This document shows positions 13,575 to 24,221 of a stretch of 64,000 bases of DNA, one piece after another. The translations under genes were made by a program, and so were the position numbers. This DNA comes from Amoebophrya sp. A120 (Eukaryota; Protista; Dinoflagellata). A model generated the notes under the pieces. The model ran no database searches. It had not been told where the DNA came from and was given only the letters and a program-made list of their open reading frames with translations. The stretch is from NCBI GenBank assembly GCA_905178155.1, contig CAJINV010000001.1, positions 7,323,794 through 7,387,793 on the forward strand, in the 5' to 3' direction. Numbering within the stretch: position 1 is the first letter of the stretch; every line of letters starts with the position of its first letter.

Positions 13575-14810
13575 ACGTCCGCCCGCCAACGGAGGCGAAA
13601 GTTGATCCAGAGAACTAAACGCACAAAAGATGGCGGAGCAGCCAAAGGGCGAGCGCCAAAATCATGTGCCACGAATTACGCCGCACTAGACCCAGCAAGC
13701 CGCCCGCTTTCGGCGCCGGCAGATGCGCGCCCGCCCTCCTTTGTGCAGCCGGGCAGCCCGCGGCCGGGGCGCCGATGACAGAGCACATGCACCCAAGGGG
13801 CGCGCCTCTGCGCGCGCGGCGGGCGCGCGGAAAAAGCCCGCTTGCCGGGCCACAACGCAAGCGCCCCGCCAGCAGTTTCTGGGGAAACTGACCGCGGCCG
13901 GCCTTCACGAGCACACATCAAAGAAGGGCGGCGGCAAAGGGCGCGCGCCCGGCGGGGCGCGCAGAGAGGGGGCGGGGGGGGGACGGGGCGGCCGCGCAGG
14001 CGGCCCACGCGGCTGCCCCGCAAGGGCGCGAATTCCCCCGCGCAACTTTGGCGGGTTTCTCTCCGACTGGGGGGCGGCCATTGGCCGCCTCCATGGCCTT
14101 GAACTTTTTGCCCGGCGCGGCCTTTTTCACGCGGACCATAATCGCGCGCCGCGGCCGGCAAATCGAAGACACGCCCCGCCGCCTGCGCAGGCTTGGGCCG
14201 GGCGCCCCCCCGCAGACAATGCGCCGGCAGGCACAGGCATTCCGGGGGCCTACCAAAGCGGGCCGCTAGCCCGGCAGGCGGTGCTTGCATGCCCACCACA
14301 ACAAGAGGCCACGCGCGCCCGCCTCGGGAGCCTTGTCCCTGCCGCTCCCGAACGCCGCCCCCCCGCCATCAGGCGGGCGGGCCGGGGGCGCGACGTCTTG
14401 GCGGCCATCGCCGCCTTCCCGCCTGTACTGGAGCCGGTGCCGGCAGACAAAGCAACCAAGCCCGCCCCCCGATCCGGCCGCCCGTCGCGGAGGCGCATGC
14501 GGCAAATTGTCTCAAGCCCTTGGCGCCCCGTCAAAACAGCGCCTGCGCGGACAAGCGCGCCGCTGCCGTGGTCCCGGCCGTTTCGGGCGCGAATCTTCCC
14601 GGCTGCGCACGCGGCCCCTCTGCCGGCGCTTTGAATTTGCTTAGCAATGGCCGCGATACGCATCGCGGAGGCCCGGCCTTCAGACCGCGGCATTTGTTGC
14701 CGTCGTCCTCAAAGTCATCGCCATCCGGGCCGTGAAGCTGCGCGCCTTTGTTGATGTTGTGCGTGCGTCACGTTGCGGAATACTTACACCCCGCGCGGGC
14801 GCTTTTTCTG
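13575..14810 (-). mobile_element. GC-rich decayed DNA-transposon relic, piggyBac-like (boundaries approximate)
   Basis: 73-83% GC in hand-counted lines. Minus-strand fragments in piggyBac order: RPPECLCL (P..lclDE), GKKFKAMEAANG (G.efK.mad..sG), LVKAGRGQFPQKLL (VKta...fP..l). Frameshifts and a stop; no TTAA ends found. Confidence 0.45.
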
Positions 14811-14970
14811 TGCTGGTTGCACTTGAACACAAGACAAACCCTGAGATGTCATTTGCGCCGAATCAGCAGCCGCTATCATGCAGCGAATCAGTTCTGTGCC
14901 GATTTCACTGTACGTGAAGCAGCACCAACATCGTACTCATCATCTTGCTGTCCTCGTGCTATTCTTTCTA

Positions 14971-17316
14971 TCACGACAGCGTTAGCGCGTCAAACAAGTA
15001 CACTTTGAGACACCGCACCAGCCGCGTCACGTCTGCGGGTGTGTTATAGACATACAGACTAACGCGAATGTACCCCGAGCGGTAGCTCGTATGTATGCCA
15101 GAGTTTGATAAGCGCTGATGCGCCTTTTCCGTCGTGATCTTCACACTTGTATCCAGTTCAAAACTCTTCTTACTTTTCTTCATCGCACCGAAGCGCAGGC
15201 CGATGATGTGCGGCGAGTGGTGCTTCGGGTAGGTGATCTGCAGGAATTTGTCGAAGGACAGTGACTTCTTCTCGATTTCGGCATTTAGCTCCCGTATCTC
15301 CTCCTTCAGCTGCTTCATTAGCTCCTCGCACTTCTTTTGAATGGTTTCAACTTTCCAATGGTTGATGATCAAATCCAAACTCGCGAGCAGTGCCGGCATC
15401 ACGATCGGGTTCCCCGGTCGCCCGCCCATGTCTAAACGTAACCCGGCGCCTGCTCGAAACGCCGGCTCGTAGAGGGCTTTTTCAAAAACTTCGCAGATCG
15501 GTGGTTTCTCCTTCACTATCTCGGGAGTAGAGGGTGATTGCGCTTTTGCTTTCGGAGAAGACGGCGAGGCTTTGTTGTTTTTTCCAGGTGAGCCGGTCCC
15601 CTCTTCCTTTTTCGCCTTCTTCGTAGCCGGACCTTCTAGTGGCACCAGGCTCATCCGCGCCGCGTCGGAAAGCGATTTTCTCGCTCTCGCAGCCGCACCG
15701 CCAGCCTTCGCGTTTCCCCCGAGAAACCGCGCAGGGGAAAGTGACTCAACCTCCTGCTCCGAAAGTTCGTCCCTCTTGCCTGTTGCGTTCAGCAAAAATG
15801 GCAAGCAAGCGCCGTCGACACATCCAATCCTGTTCCGCTCGTGGTGGTCTAGAGTTCGCAGCACGCTGTGCGCATGCGAGCTCTTCGTACTCTGCTGCTG
15901 CAAGCTCAAGTTTTTCTTCCGCGAAGAGTTCACGTACATCAAGCTGATCCCGTAGAGCCCCAGCAGCCACTTGTGCGTCGTGCACACAATCGCGTCTGCT
16001 CGGCGAGCTACCGAGCCTGGAACCGGTATGACACCGAGCGACTGGGTCAAGTCGAGCACGAAATAACAGTCCTCCGCCAACTCCGCTGCGACTTTTTGCA
16101 AATCGATCATCCGCCCGTCGATCCACCGGCTCTGCATGAGCGCCACGAGTTTCACGTGCTTTTTCTGCATTTTGTACGCCTGGATCACCAAATCCGTCAG
16201 GTCGTCGTCTTCGTTCGTGGTTTTCACCACGAGGAAATCCACGTCCAGCGTTTGCTCCCGCACCAGCAGCTCCTGCCAAGGGTACACATTACTTGTGTAC
16301 TGCTCCTCCACCACCAGCACGAGCCGCTTGATGGGGTCCAGTCGCGTATCCTATGTAAAAACGTCCCCACCCCATAGTCAAGATGGGGGATTGGCTAGAC
16401 AAACCCACAAGTTTTGGCTGTCTTGCATGACAGATTTGGACTCGTAGCGTAGTGCTGTTTGAGCTAGCTCAGCAGCATCACAGACCTAGTATATCATGCT
16501 GATTGGAGCATGACAAATTGCAGAACACGATTGGAAAATGCTTCTCATGGGGATCCGCATGAGAAACAATTTCAGCATGCAGATTTGCAATACAACTATG
16601 GTCTGGGGACGTTTTTACATAGGATATCGCAACCCGGTGATTTTCCGAACGGTGTCCTCGTTTCTCCACTGCTCCTTATGACATGCAAAAATGTCTGGGT
16701 CTGGAAACTTGTGATGCAAGTCAGTCAATAAGAAATGCAGTGTAATGCGCCACCAAGCATGACAAGTTTCTTCGCGCTTCTGTGCTGCGTATTCCGCATG
16801 AGAAACTGCGTTTTTGCATGACAGGCGAGAGAGGCTGTTTGTGGCCACGCAATACAGAGTTAAGGGCCATGCCAGATCAGCATGACAGATCTCGCAATCT
16901 TCCAGACCCAGACATTTTTGCATTTGATACTCCTGGAAGTTGTACGCCAGCGTGCTCAGGTGCGTGGACGCGGCACTGGCGATCGCAATATCCTCCGGTA
17001 GCGCGGTGGGGATCAATTTAGAAAACAGTTCCCGCAACGGGGTCTCGTCGTCTTCGCCGAGCAGCCAGGGCGACTCCTGCTTGAGGATGGCTTCCTGTGC
17101 GGCCTTGATGCAAAAATGCGGCGAAATGCTGCGGCCCGCGGTGTTCAGCCAAACTGCAGTACTCTGCTCCTGGGCTTCTTGAAATTGCTCTTCGATGCGG
17201 GTGCCCCGTTCTTTCTCGACGCCTTTCGCATTTGCTGCCGTGGAACTGGAACTTTTTGCGGCTGCAGCTCCGCCGCGTGTTGACCCAGCAGGGGCGGCTT
17301 GACGCTTGGGGCCCAT
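14971..17316 (-). CDS. Class-V PLP-dependent aminotransferase / cysteine desulfurase-like; exons 17316-16930, 16671-16627, 16341-14971
   Basis: WLNTAGRS, EQYTSNVYPWQ, VLDLTQSLG, ADAIVCTTHKWLLG (PLP lysine), YIRVSLYVYNTPADV. Frame restored by removing two introners. Confidence 0.88.
16347..16626. mobile_element. Introner element, family B (280 bp)
   Basis: TIR TATCCTATGTAAAAACGTCCCCA; DR TCGCG (16342-16346) / TCGCA (16627-16631); colinear with 59773-60057. Confidence 0.92.
16677..16929. mobile_element. Introner element, family A1 (253 bp)
   Basis: TIR TAT(G/C)A(C/A)ATGCAAAAATGTCTGGGTCTGGAA; DR CTCCT at 16672-16676 and 16930-16934; colinear with 52300-52551. Confidence 0.92.
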
Positions 17317-17789
17317 TTTAAACAAAGATGCTAGACGGGAAAAACCAAATTATCGTGGGATCATTCAAGTTATTTTTACCATAACCATCTTGTCATTCTT
17401 GTTCGAGACGCAAAAGGGTTTATTAGGGGCCTCTCGAGTGACAACGAAGACGGGTCTACTCAGGGAACACTGGTTTTTTTGGTTCGTTACTGCTGTGAGT
17501 GACAGTGAAGACATTCCGGTTGCGCCGATGCGATTACGTTGACATTCTCTTTTCTTGTTTTGGTCTACGTATCTATTACGTTCGTTCGATGAAAGTCTCA
17601 CACTCAAGGGGCGGGCCTTTTTGTGCTCACAACAGGCTTTCACTGTGGGACCAACAAGCGACACCAGTTTATTCTGCGAACGAACGTTGGAATTTGCGGA
17701 AAGGAATCAATTGACAGGCGATAACATCCGAGCGAAGTCGTCAACACCGCCATGACGCAGGCCTGCAACACACCTGGCGAAAGCCCGCG

Positions 17790-19055
17790 CTATTCCGGAA
17801 CCCTAGCGATGGCGTTTTCCTTTTCTAGGTGAACGCCATAAAGCAACTGCTCCAGCTGGTTCCCATCTGGCTGCGCCATAATTTGGTTTTCGATGCGGAC
17901 CAGATCTTTCTCCTTCTCGATTATGGCCTTCTTTCGCTTCTTCAACGTTTCCAAGTCTTGCGCCACGCCTTCGGCGCCACGCGTCAGCCGGACCTGTGGG
18001 TTCATATATTAATTTTCCCTGAGGCTCACCTGATACAAGTCATCGGCCGCAAAAGTCATCTTTGTCTTCACGCGGCAATTAGCGCTGCAAAAACGTCTGA
18101 TTCATACAGCCGTGCCGTCGAAATGATCTTCCCTCTACTTACCGCATATTCCTCCAGTGCTCGGCGGCCGGGACCTTGGCTCCCGGCCTGTTCCGCAATC
18201 TGCTGCACCTGCGAAAGATCATGCTGCAGATTGGCTTTCAGCGCGGTGTTGTGCGCCTCCGGTTTTACCATCCGGACGTGCCGGAGCTGGGCCAATCCGA
18301 CCTCGTGTCTGAGGCGAGCCTGTCGCAGTACCTCGGCGGCTTGGGCACGCTGCTCGAACTCCTTCACCTTAGTGTTTATTTTGCGTTGAGTAGAACTACT
18401 AGAGTCTCACCACGATTCGATGTAACAAAACAACACTTCAAGGAGCGAGAAAACTCATTCCAAGAACAGATTCAAATGATGCGACACGTGCTGCAGAACA
18501 CTTTTAATTCAACATGCACAAATCCAATCCTCGTACAATGCTGTCCTTGTTGATGGCATTCCACTGTTTCTCGGCGTTCTTGACAATTTCCGACGCAAAC
18601 TGGCACACTTTTTGCAGCTTCGGATCGGTGCCTTGTGCGGTGAGTAAAGAGTTCGAGTACTTCTCCAGCACGGTCCGAAACTTCGCTGCGATTTTCGATT
18701 CTCGCCACCGATCAGCCGGAGCCGCTGCTGGACTACTACCTGTGCTTGTTCGCGGTGCGATAGAAGACGAACTACTTGAAGCTCCCCCAATTTGGCCTGG
18801 TATGACATGTTGAAGCGTCTGGTGTAACGGCGTGTTTCCCTCGTTCCCGCTTGGCAGAGCACCACCACCGGATGATGACGAACCGCTGGGTCGCCTGTCT
18901 ATTGATAGAGCCGCTGACGTAGGCCGGTGCATCGGAGGAAGCGACGGAGGTCGCATGCTACCGAAAGAATGACTCGAGGAGCTACCACCCATCGTTAGAT
19001 TTCCCGTAGAAGTCGCTCCACCTCCACCTCCGAAAGCTGCTACAGAGTCCGCCAT
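17790..19055 (-). CDS. Hypothetical protein, S/G-rich N-terminus and coiled-coil C-terminus (3 or more exons; 3' end uncertain)
   Basis: MADSVAAF... joined via GT-AG introns KDSI|VKEFEQ and EEYA|VRLTRG. Confidence 0.65.
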
Positions 19056-19410
19056 AGTTGATGTTTGTTTTTCCTCAGATGCTAGCTCAATCCCTTATTC
19101 TTATTGGAAGTGCTTCTGTATCTATTGCGAAAACAAGGCTGCCAGTGGAGAATGCGAATCTCGTGGACTGCATTACAGCAGTACTATTGATTCCCCTATT
19201 CCATTCTATCACAGCAGTGCCAGTGTCTCCCTTTCCAGAGGTGATCGGCTCGACACTTCTAAGAAAACACACAGCGCTTTTCGCTCATGCCTGTGACAAA
19301 CGACCAGCAAATAAAAAAAGCGATCCGATGAAAACGACCTCGAAAACGATTCGGAACAACGACAGGAGTCCAATCGGTTCTGCAACAACATAGGTTGCTG
19401 CTTATATATA

Positions 19411-21371
19411 CAGTGGGGCTGAATCGATAAAAATCGAACCTGGGCCCCCAGGATCGCCACGGAGGGCCAACGCTGGCAAGTAGCTGGGCTGCCGACGCCA
19501 CGAAGCGGAGTGGCAAGGAAGCAACGGCCAAAGCTGGCGCCCGAAGAACCCCGCCCTCTCGGACCGGGCCCGGCGCCGGCCCACCTTTGCGGACCGGGCC
19601 CGGGACCGGGCCCGATCGCCGGCGGCCTCCCTCACCGGCCAAAGCGGTGGGGGCGCTGCAAGCGTGTTCACCCTGCGGCAAAGTTGCCGCGCTGCGCGCG
19701 CACCCCTGCTAGCGGGCCGGCGGGGCGCTTCAAGCGGCCCAAGGCAAGGAAGCCGAGGGGCGCGCGGCGCGCCGGCCCGGCCTCGCCCGCCGGCCCCGGG
19801 GAAAAGCAAGGGGCGCTCTGCCGCCTTGCGCCACTTAGTGACTGACTCGGTTTGTGTCTGGGCCTTATTTGGCTCAAGGATTTGAGTAAAATACGCAGGA
19901 GATGGAGTCGCAAGATACATGCTGCTTCAACTACAACCCGAAAAAAGACGGGGGCGCCCGGGCCGGTTAGAGCTTGCGGCACGAACCCCCATCGGCCGCG
20001 CTGCCGCGCAACCCCTGCCATTGGGCGGGGGGATGGATTAGCGGCAGAGTTGCGCACTCTCGCGCCCTGGGTCGCGGGCCGCTCCTTTCCAATTTTAAGC
20101 GCTCCCTCCGTCCCCACGAAACAAAGGCGCCCCGCCATGCCGATCCTCTTCTTCCGGAGAATGTCCGCCATTGGCCCCCGGAGGTCGGCCGTGTCGCGGC
20201 ATGCTGGTGGCGCGCCCCGCGGGCGGAATTTCCAAAGGGGGGCCACCGGGCGCGCCCCGCTCCCTGCGTGCCCGTAGCCACTTCGGTTCGGGTGGTACGC
20301 AGCCGCTCCCGCCCCGCGAAGACCCTGCGCCATTTCTGCTCGCAACCTTCGCCCGCCGCCGACTCCGCCAGCGCCACGCCCTGCCTTGGGCTGAAATCCT
20401 TCGCCGCGCGGGCGCCGGCTCTGAAATGGCAGGGCGGAGTGCCGGCACTGGCTTCGACTCCGTATCTTTTCAAGTTCGAGATATATCCCGAAAGGCCCGA
20501 ACCGAATCCAAAAAATTGCGAAAGTTCCGACACACGGGCCACGCCCGCGCCCGGCAGGGAAGCCGCCCGCGCGCGACCGCGCCGGGTTGGCTGTCCGGCG
20601 TCGCCGCCGCCATCTGCGGCAGGCTGCGCGCTGCCTAGCACAGCGCCACAGCAGCAGCGAAATTGCTGGGGGGCGCAGTCTTACTCTCACCTTCTGGACG
20701 GCGAAAACGCGCTGGCAGTTTCCCCCGGTTGGCCGGCAATTTCCAACATTTTCAGGAAAGGAGAATATAACTTCAGGCAATGCCTTGAGCCCTGGCGCGC
20801 TTTCGCCGCGGCCGCTGGAGCTTTTCTACGGCCGCCGGATACAAGTCTCGCCACGGCGAATCTTGTTTCCGCGGAGCGGCGCGCAGGCCCCCCGAAGCCG
20901 CGCACCGAAAACACTGCGCGACCAGACGGGCCCGGCCCCCGTGGCTGCTAGCCGGCCGCATACGAAGGCCACAGGCGCGCCCGCGAAAACATTCGCGCGC
21001 CCCCGCTACTGCTTTGGGAAAATGAAGAATCTCGGGGGGGCGGCAGGAGGCTTGCGGCTTGGGCGCATTTTGCCAGAAAATCCCGGCCCTTCCGTCCCTC
21101 GGAATGGGGTCGATCGAATACCTCCAAAGCAGCAGCGCACTGCGCTGCGCAGCAGGCGGGATTTCCGTCCACTTTGATGGCAACAGAGCAGCAACGCCCC
21201 GCCTTTCACCCGCTCGCGCCGCGGCTCGTTGGGGGCCACCGGCATCCCCCGCGCCCGCCGTCCAGCAGGCGCCACACCTTTGGCGCTTTATAGCTTTCCC
21301 TTATGTTGAGAAAAAGCAATCAACAAGCACCACTCGCAACCCGTTCGATTTTTTTCGATCTCGGTCATGCT
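19411..21371 (-). mobile_element. GC-rich decayed Tc1/mariner (IS630-Tc1-mariner) transposon, about 2 kb
   Basis: TATATATA followed by CAGTGGGG (typical Tc1 end). 19423-19439 matches 21343-21359 inverted at 16/17. Minus-strand ghost motifs in order: HTH-like/FSPRQ, RLCFVGTEG (FsDE), RWGF..GPGAPVFF, SPAYFTQILEP, LLFPGAG (FqqDg), RLPCLGPLE (SPDLNPIE). Confidence 0.65.
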
Positions 21372-21865
21372 TTCTTCGACAGAGGGGAACACGCGTTGCT
21401 TCTTTCTCGGTATACTCAGAGGACAACTCAAAACGATTTCCCAGAGCGAGTTGCTTTCTATCTTGTATATCTTCCGTGCGGGTGAAAATTGAAATTCGAA
21501 ACGCAGGCAGAAATCGGAAATTATTAGTCGCGCGATATCAAAACGCTTTTTTTGTCATTGCCATCCTTCTTGAACATTTTTCCTTCTTCCTGTGTCATCC
21601 TGGTGGGTCGCTGTTGTAGTCGTCTTCGTTGTAAGTCTCATATCAGAGAAAAATTGTGAGACCGCTAGCCGCTATGATCTTCGTTATCGTTGTACTTGTC
21701 GAAGTAAAAGTAAAATCCGGTATTGGATTGCCTCTGGTCTTCCACCGGTGTCGCACGACTTTTATCCGTTTACCAATACCAACATATCATAAGCATAACT
21801 TTGTAAAAATTTTCTACACGAAAACACGCTACACATTGTTCATCCCAACATCATTCGCTCCTTTT

Positions 21866-23014
21866 TCACGACCGCAAGTTGAGGGAAAATTCGACCCGCT
21901 GCAGCTGCGGCGGAGGCGGAAGTACCGGCGCCGCGGCACGCGCTGCCGCCTCGAAGGCCTGATCCACGGGCTTCCGACAGCTGGGACAGTGTCCCTTGTT
22001 TCGGAGCCAGGGGCGAATGCAGTCCGCGTGGAAGATGTGGTTGCAGGGCAGGATCAGCAGCTGCGGCAGTAACTCTTGCGTGCAGTCTTCAAAGCAAATC
22101 GTGCACTGGACCTTGGACTCTTCCTCCGTCCTCCCAGGAAAATCCGCGGCCGTAGGGCACGGCAGCGTGTCGATCACCTTCGGGTCGGCCGCAAATTTAC
22201 CTACGTCGATGGAGGTGATGTGTGTGCCGAGTGTGCCATTTGCCCCCAACTGCAGCTGGTTTGAATCCCCACCGCCGGCGTCGTCGCTAGCCGAGCTGGA
22301 AATCGTGCTGTGCACGTCCCAGATGGCGCCGGTCTGGTCGGTGTACGTAGATGAGGAGGAGTCTCCAGAGCTTGGTGTCTGTTGTCGACTCACGTTGCGT
22401 GTTGCGACGCTGCTGCTGTTCTCGACTCCGTCTGGACGCGGTTCTCGCCGCGCCTCACGAGACCTGTGGGAAGACGACTGCAGTTCCTGGCGGGCGAAGT
22501 TTGCGATTTCCTCCCGGATTACCTCGCGCAAAACGTCCCGAACCGTCGTGCCGCGCGGCGCCGAGCGCGGGGCCGGCGCCGACGCGGGGCTCGGAAGGCT
22601 TGCGGCGGGGGGGCTGCGTTGCTCGTAGGAACTGCGGTAGTTGTTCTGCTGCTCAGGTGCGGGTGAGGGAACGGCAGGCGAGGTGTGGTTGCTGCTGGTG
22701 TTACTAGTGGTCAGCCTGCTGTCGGGAGAGGCGGCAATCGTCGATGGTCGCGTACTAGATCGGAAATTTTGTTGCTCCCGCTGGTTTTGATTGAAATTCG
22801 AACTCGCGGAAGCAGTCGGTACAGACGCCGGGCCGGGTCTTTTGGTGCTGTTGCGGCAGAGCTCGCTCTTGCAGTGCCGACAGAGGTAGTCGTGGGGATC
22901 GTTCATCGTGCGGGTGCCACTAGGCGAGTTGTCGGCCGTCACGCTCCGGGCAGGGAAGTACCGGTCCCGGACATCGCAATACAGCATGCCCGGAAGCTCG
23001 CCGCGAAACGGCAT
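21866..23014 (-). CDS. RING-H2 zinc-finger protein (putative E3 ubiquitin ligase)
   Basis: CTICFEDC..LPCNHIFHADCIRPWL..CPSCR. Likely start MPFRGELPGMLY at 23014; may extend to 23548. Confidence 0.85.
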   Translation of the reverse strand: MPFRGELPGMLYCDVRDRYFPARSVTADNSPSGTRTMNDPHDYLCRHCKSELCRNSTKRPGPASVPTASASSNFNQNQREQQNFRSSTRPSTIAASPDSRLTTSNTSSNHTSPAVPSPAPEQQNNYRSSYEQRSPPAASLPSPASAPAPRSAPRGTTVRDVLREVIREEIANFARQELQSSSHRSREARREPRPDGVENSSSVATRNVSRQQTPSSGDSSSSTYTDQTGAIWDVHSTISSSASDDAGGGDSNQLQLGANGTLGTHITSIDVGKFAADPKVIDTLPCPTAADFPGRTEEESKVQCTICFEDCTQELLPQLLILPCNHIFHADCIRPWLRNKGHCPSCRKPVDQAFEAAARAAAPVLPPPPQLQRVEFSLNLRS

Positions 23015-23046
23015 GGTTATCGGCGCGGTTGTATTGCTGAAATCTA

Positions 23047-23548
23047 TTAAATGGCGTGCTTCTTCAGCTTCTGCTTTCGTCGGGCGCCTCGTCGATGGTG
23101 GGTCTGTGTATAATGTGTAAAGGCGATAATTTTCTCTTTGTCTTTCATGATAAGGCTCGAAAATAATAATCAATGAGACTTTGCTTACAGTTTCATCCCC
23201 AACCCGGAAACTGAATACAAAGGAAAAGCACATGATGTAAATGATAGCGTGCACGCACCTGACAATAGCCAGCAGCGGAGGTGGAAATGGGGATGATGAC
23301 GTTGTTATTCGGCGTTTTGCGGCTAAGCTGCGGCTGCAGCTCTCCTAGTACGCGAAAAACAGCTTTTCCCGGACGTAGCGCAGCCAGGACCAGAACGGAA
23401 AGATGGAGGTTTGGTAGTAGTTGGCCAGGTAAATCAGGTTGCGGATCACGAGGAAAAGGAACAGAAACCACATCAAAAAATCTGTGAACTCGAACGCAAC
23501 GACCTGTTGCGCGTCGATGTTGAACAAGTCAGACAGGGCGGTGGACAT
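23047..23548 (-). CDS. Small two-TM hypothetical protein, or the 5' exons of the RING gene
   Basis: MSTALSDLF..hydrophobic segment; a 93-nt GT-AG intron removes an in-frame TAG and joins CVHAIIYIMCFSFVF; a second GT-AG intron would end the protein at KLKKHAI*. Confidence 0.45.
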
Positions 23549-24221
23549 TGTTTTGTTTTTGGTGATGTCGCTGGCTGCGAAGAATGCTTCTTTGGCTTTA
23601 CAGGAATAAAGAAACGGTGTGCTCGAGACCGACGTCGTACTAGGTTCTTAGATGTGGACGAGGAAAACTAAACAGCGAACTTATGGCTAGTGATGAAAAT
23701 TTCTGTCATTACACGCGAAGATGAAGACGTAGCGATCTACTTCTACTTCTTACTTACTTGTTGTCGCCCGGACGAACCTCCACCTGTTTAGAGTTTGTCA
23801 TACATCGGTGAGACGCCTTGTTGTACTTGGCGCAGTGCTCAGATGTCATTTCTCGGAGATGGCGATTATGATCTCGTGACAATTTCAGATTGTTGAAGAT
23901 CCTTTTCAGGAGACCAATTTTGATCATCATCCATGCGAAAGATACGATCTAGCCTTCATCATAAGCGTGATTGGAAACAAGAACACCGACTCCAGTCATA
24001 GTTGAACCTGAGATGAGCTTGTTTTGGCGTTCTTCTTCTGATATTTTCCGATCCTAATGATCTACGCTAGATTTAGTCAGATTTCTTTATCGTGTTTGAG
24101 TTTGCTTCTGTTTCCTTGTCATCCTCATTGTCATGCTCATGCCCCATACTTTTTTGCAAAGAAAGGCTGGGTCCCACCAAAGCTAAAAACTGCGGGCACT
24201 TAAGTAGTACTTTTCGAAATG

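Noticed and set aside
14030-14139. MVRVKKAAPGKKFKAM..KVARG resembles a DVNP N-terminus
   Set aside because: No DVNP core follows; flanking motifs fit a piggyBac-like relic better.
19868-19878. TTTGGCTCAAG, identical to the 3' end of the dinoflagellate spliced leader
   Set aside because: Only 11 nt, antisense to the gene block, no following gene, and it coincides with the ILEP codons of the Tc1 relic; likely chance.
13615-21183. Long overlapping A/G/R/P-rich ORFs in the GC islands (e.g. 370, 325 and 303 aa)
   Set aside because: Expected from stop-codon scarcity at 75-85% GC; open in many frames at once.
23345-23347. In-frame TAG suggesting readthrough or a variant genetic code
   Set aside because: Lies within a clean 93-nt GT-AG intron; other genes end normally at TAG.
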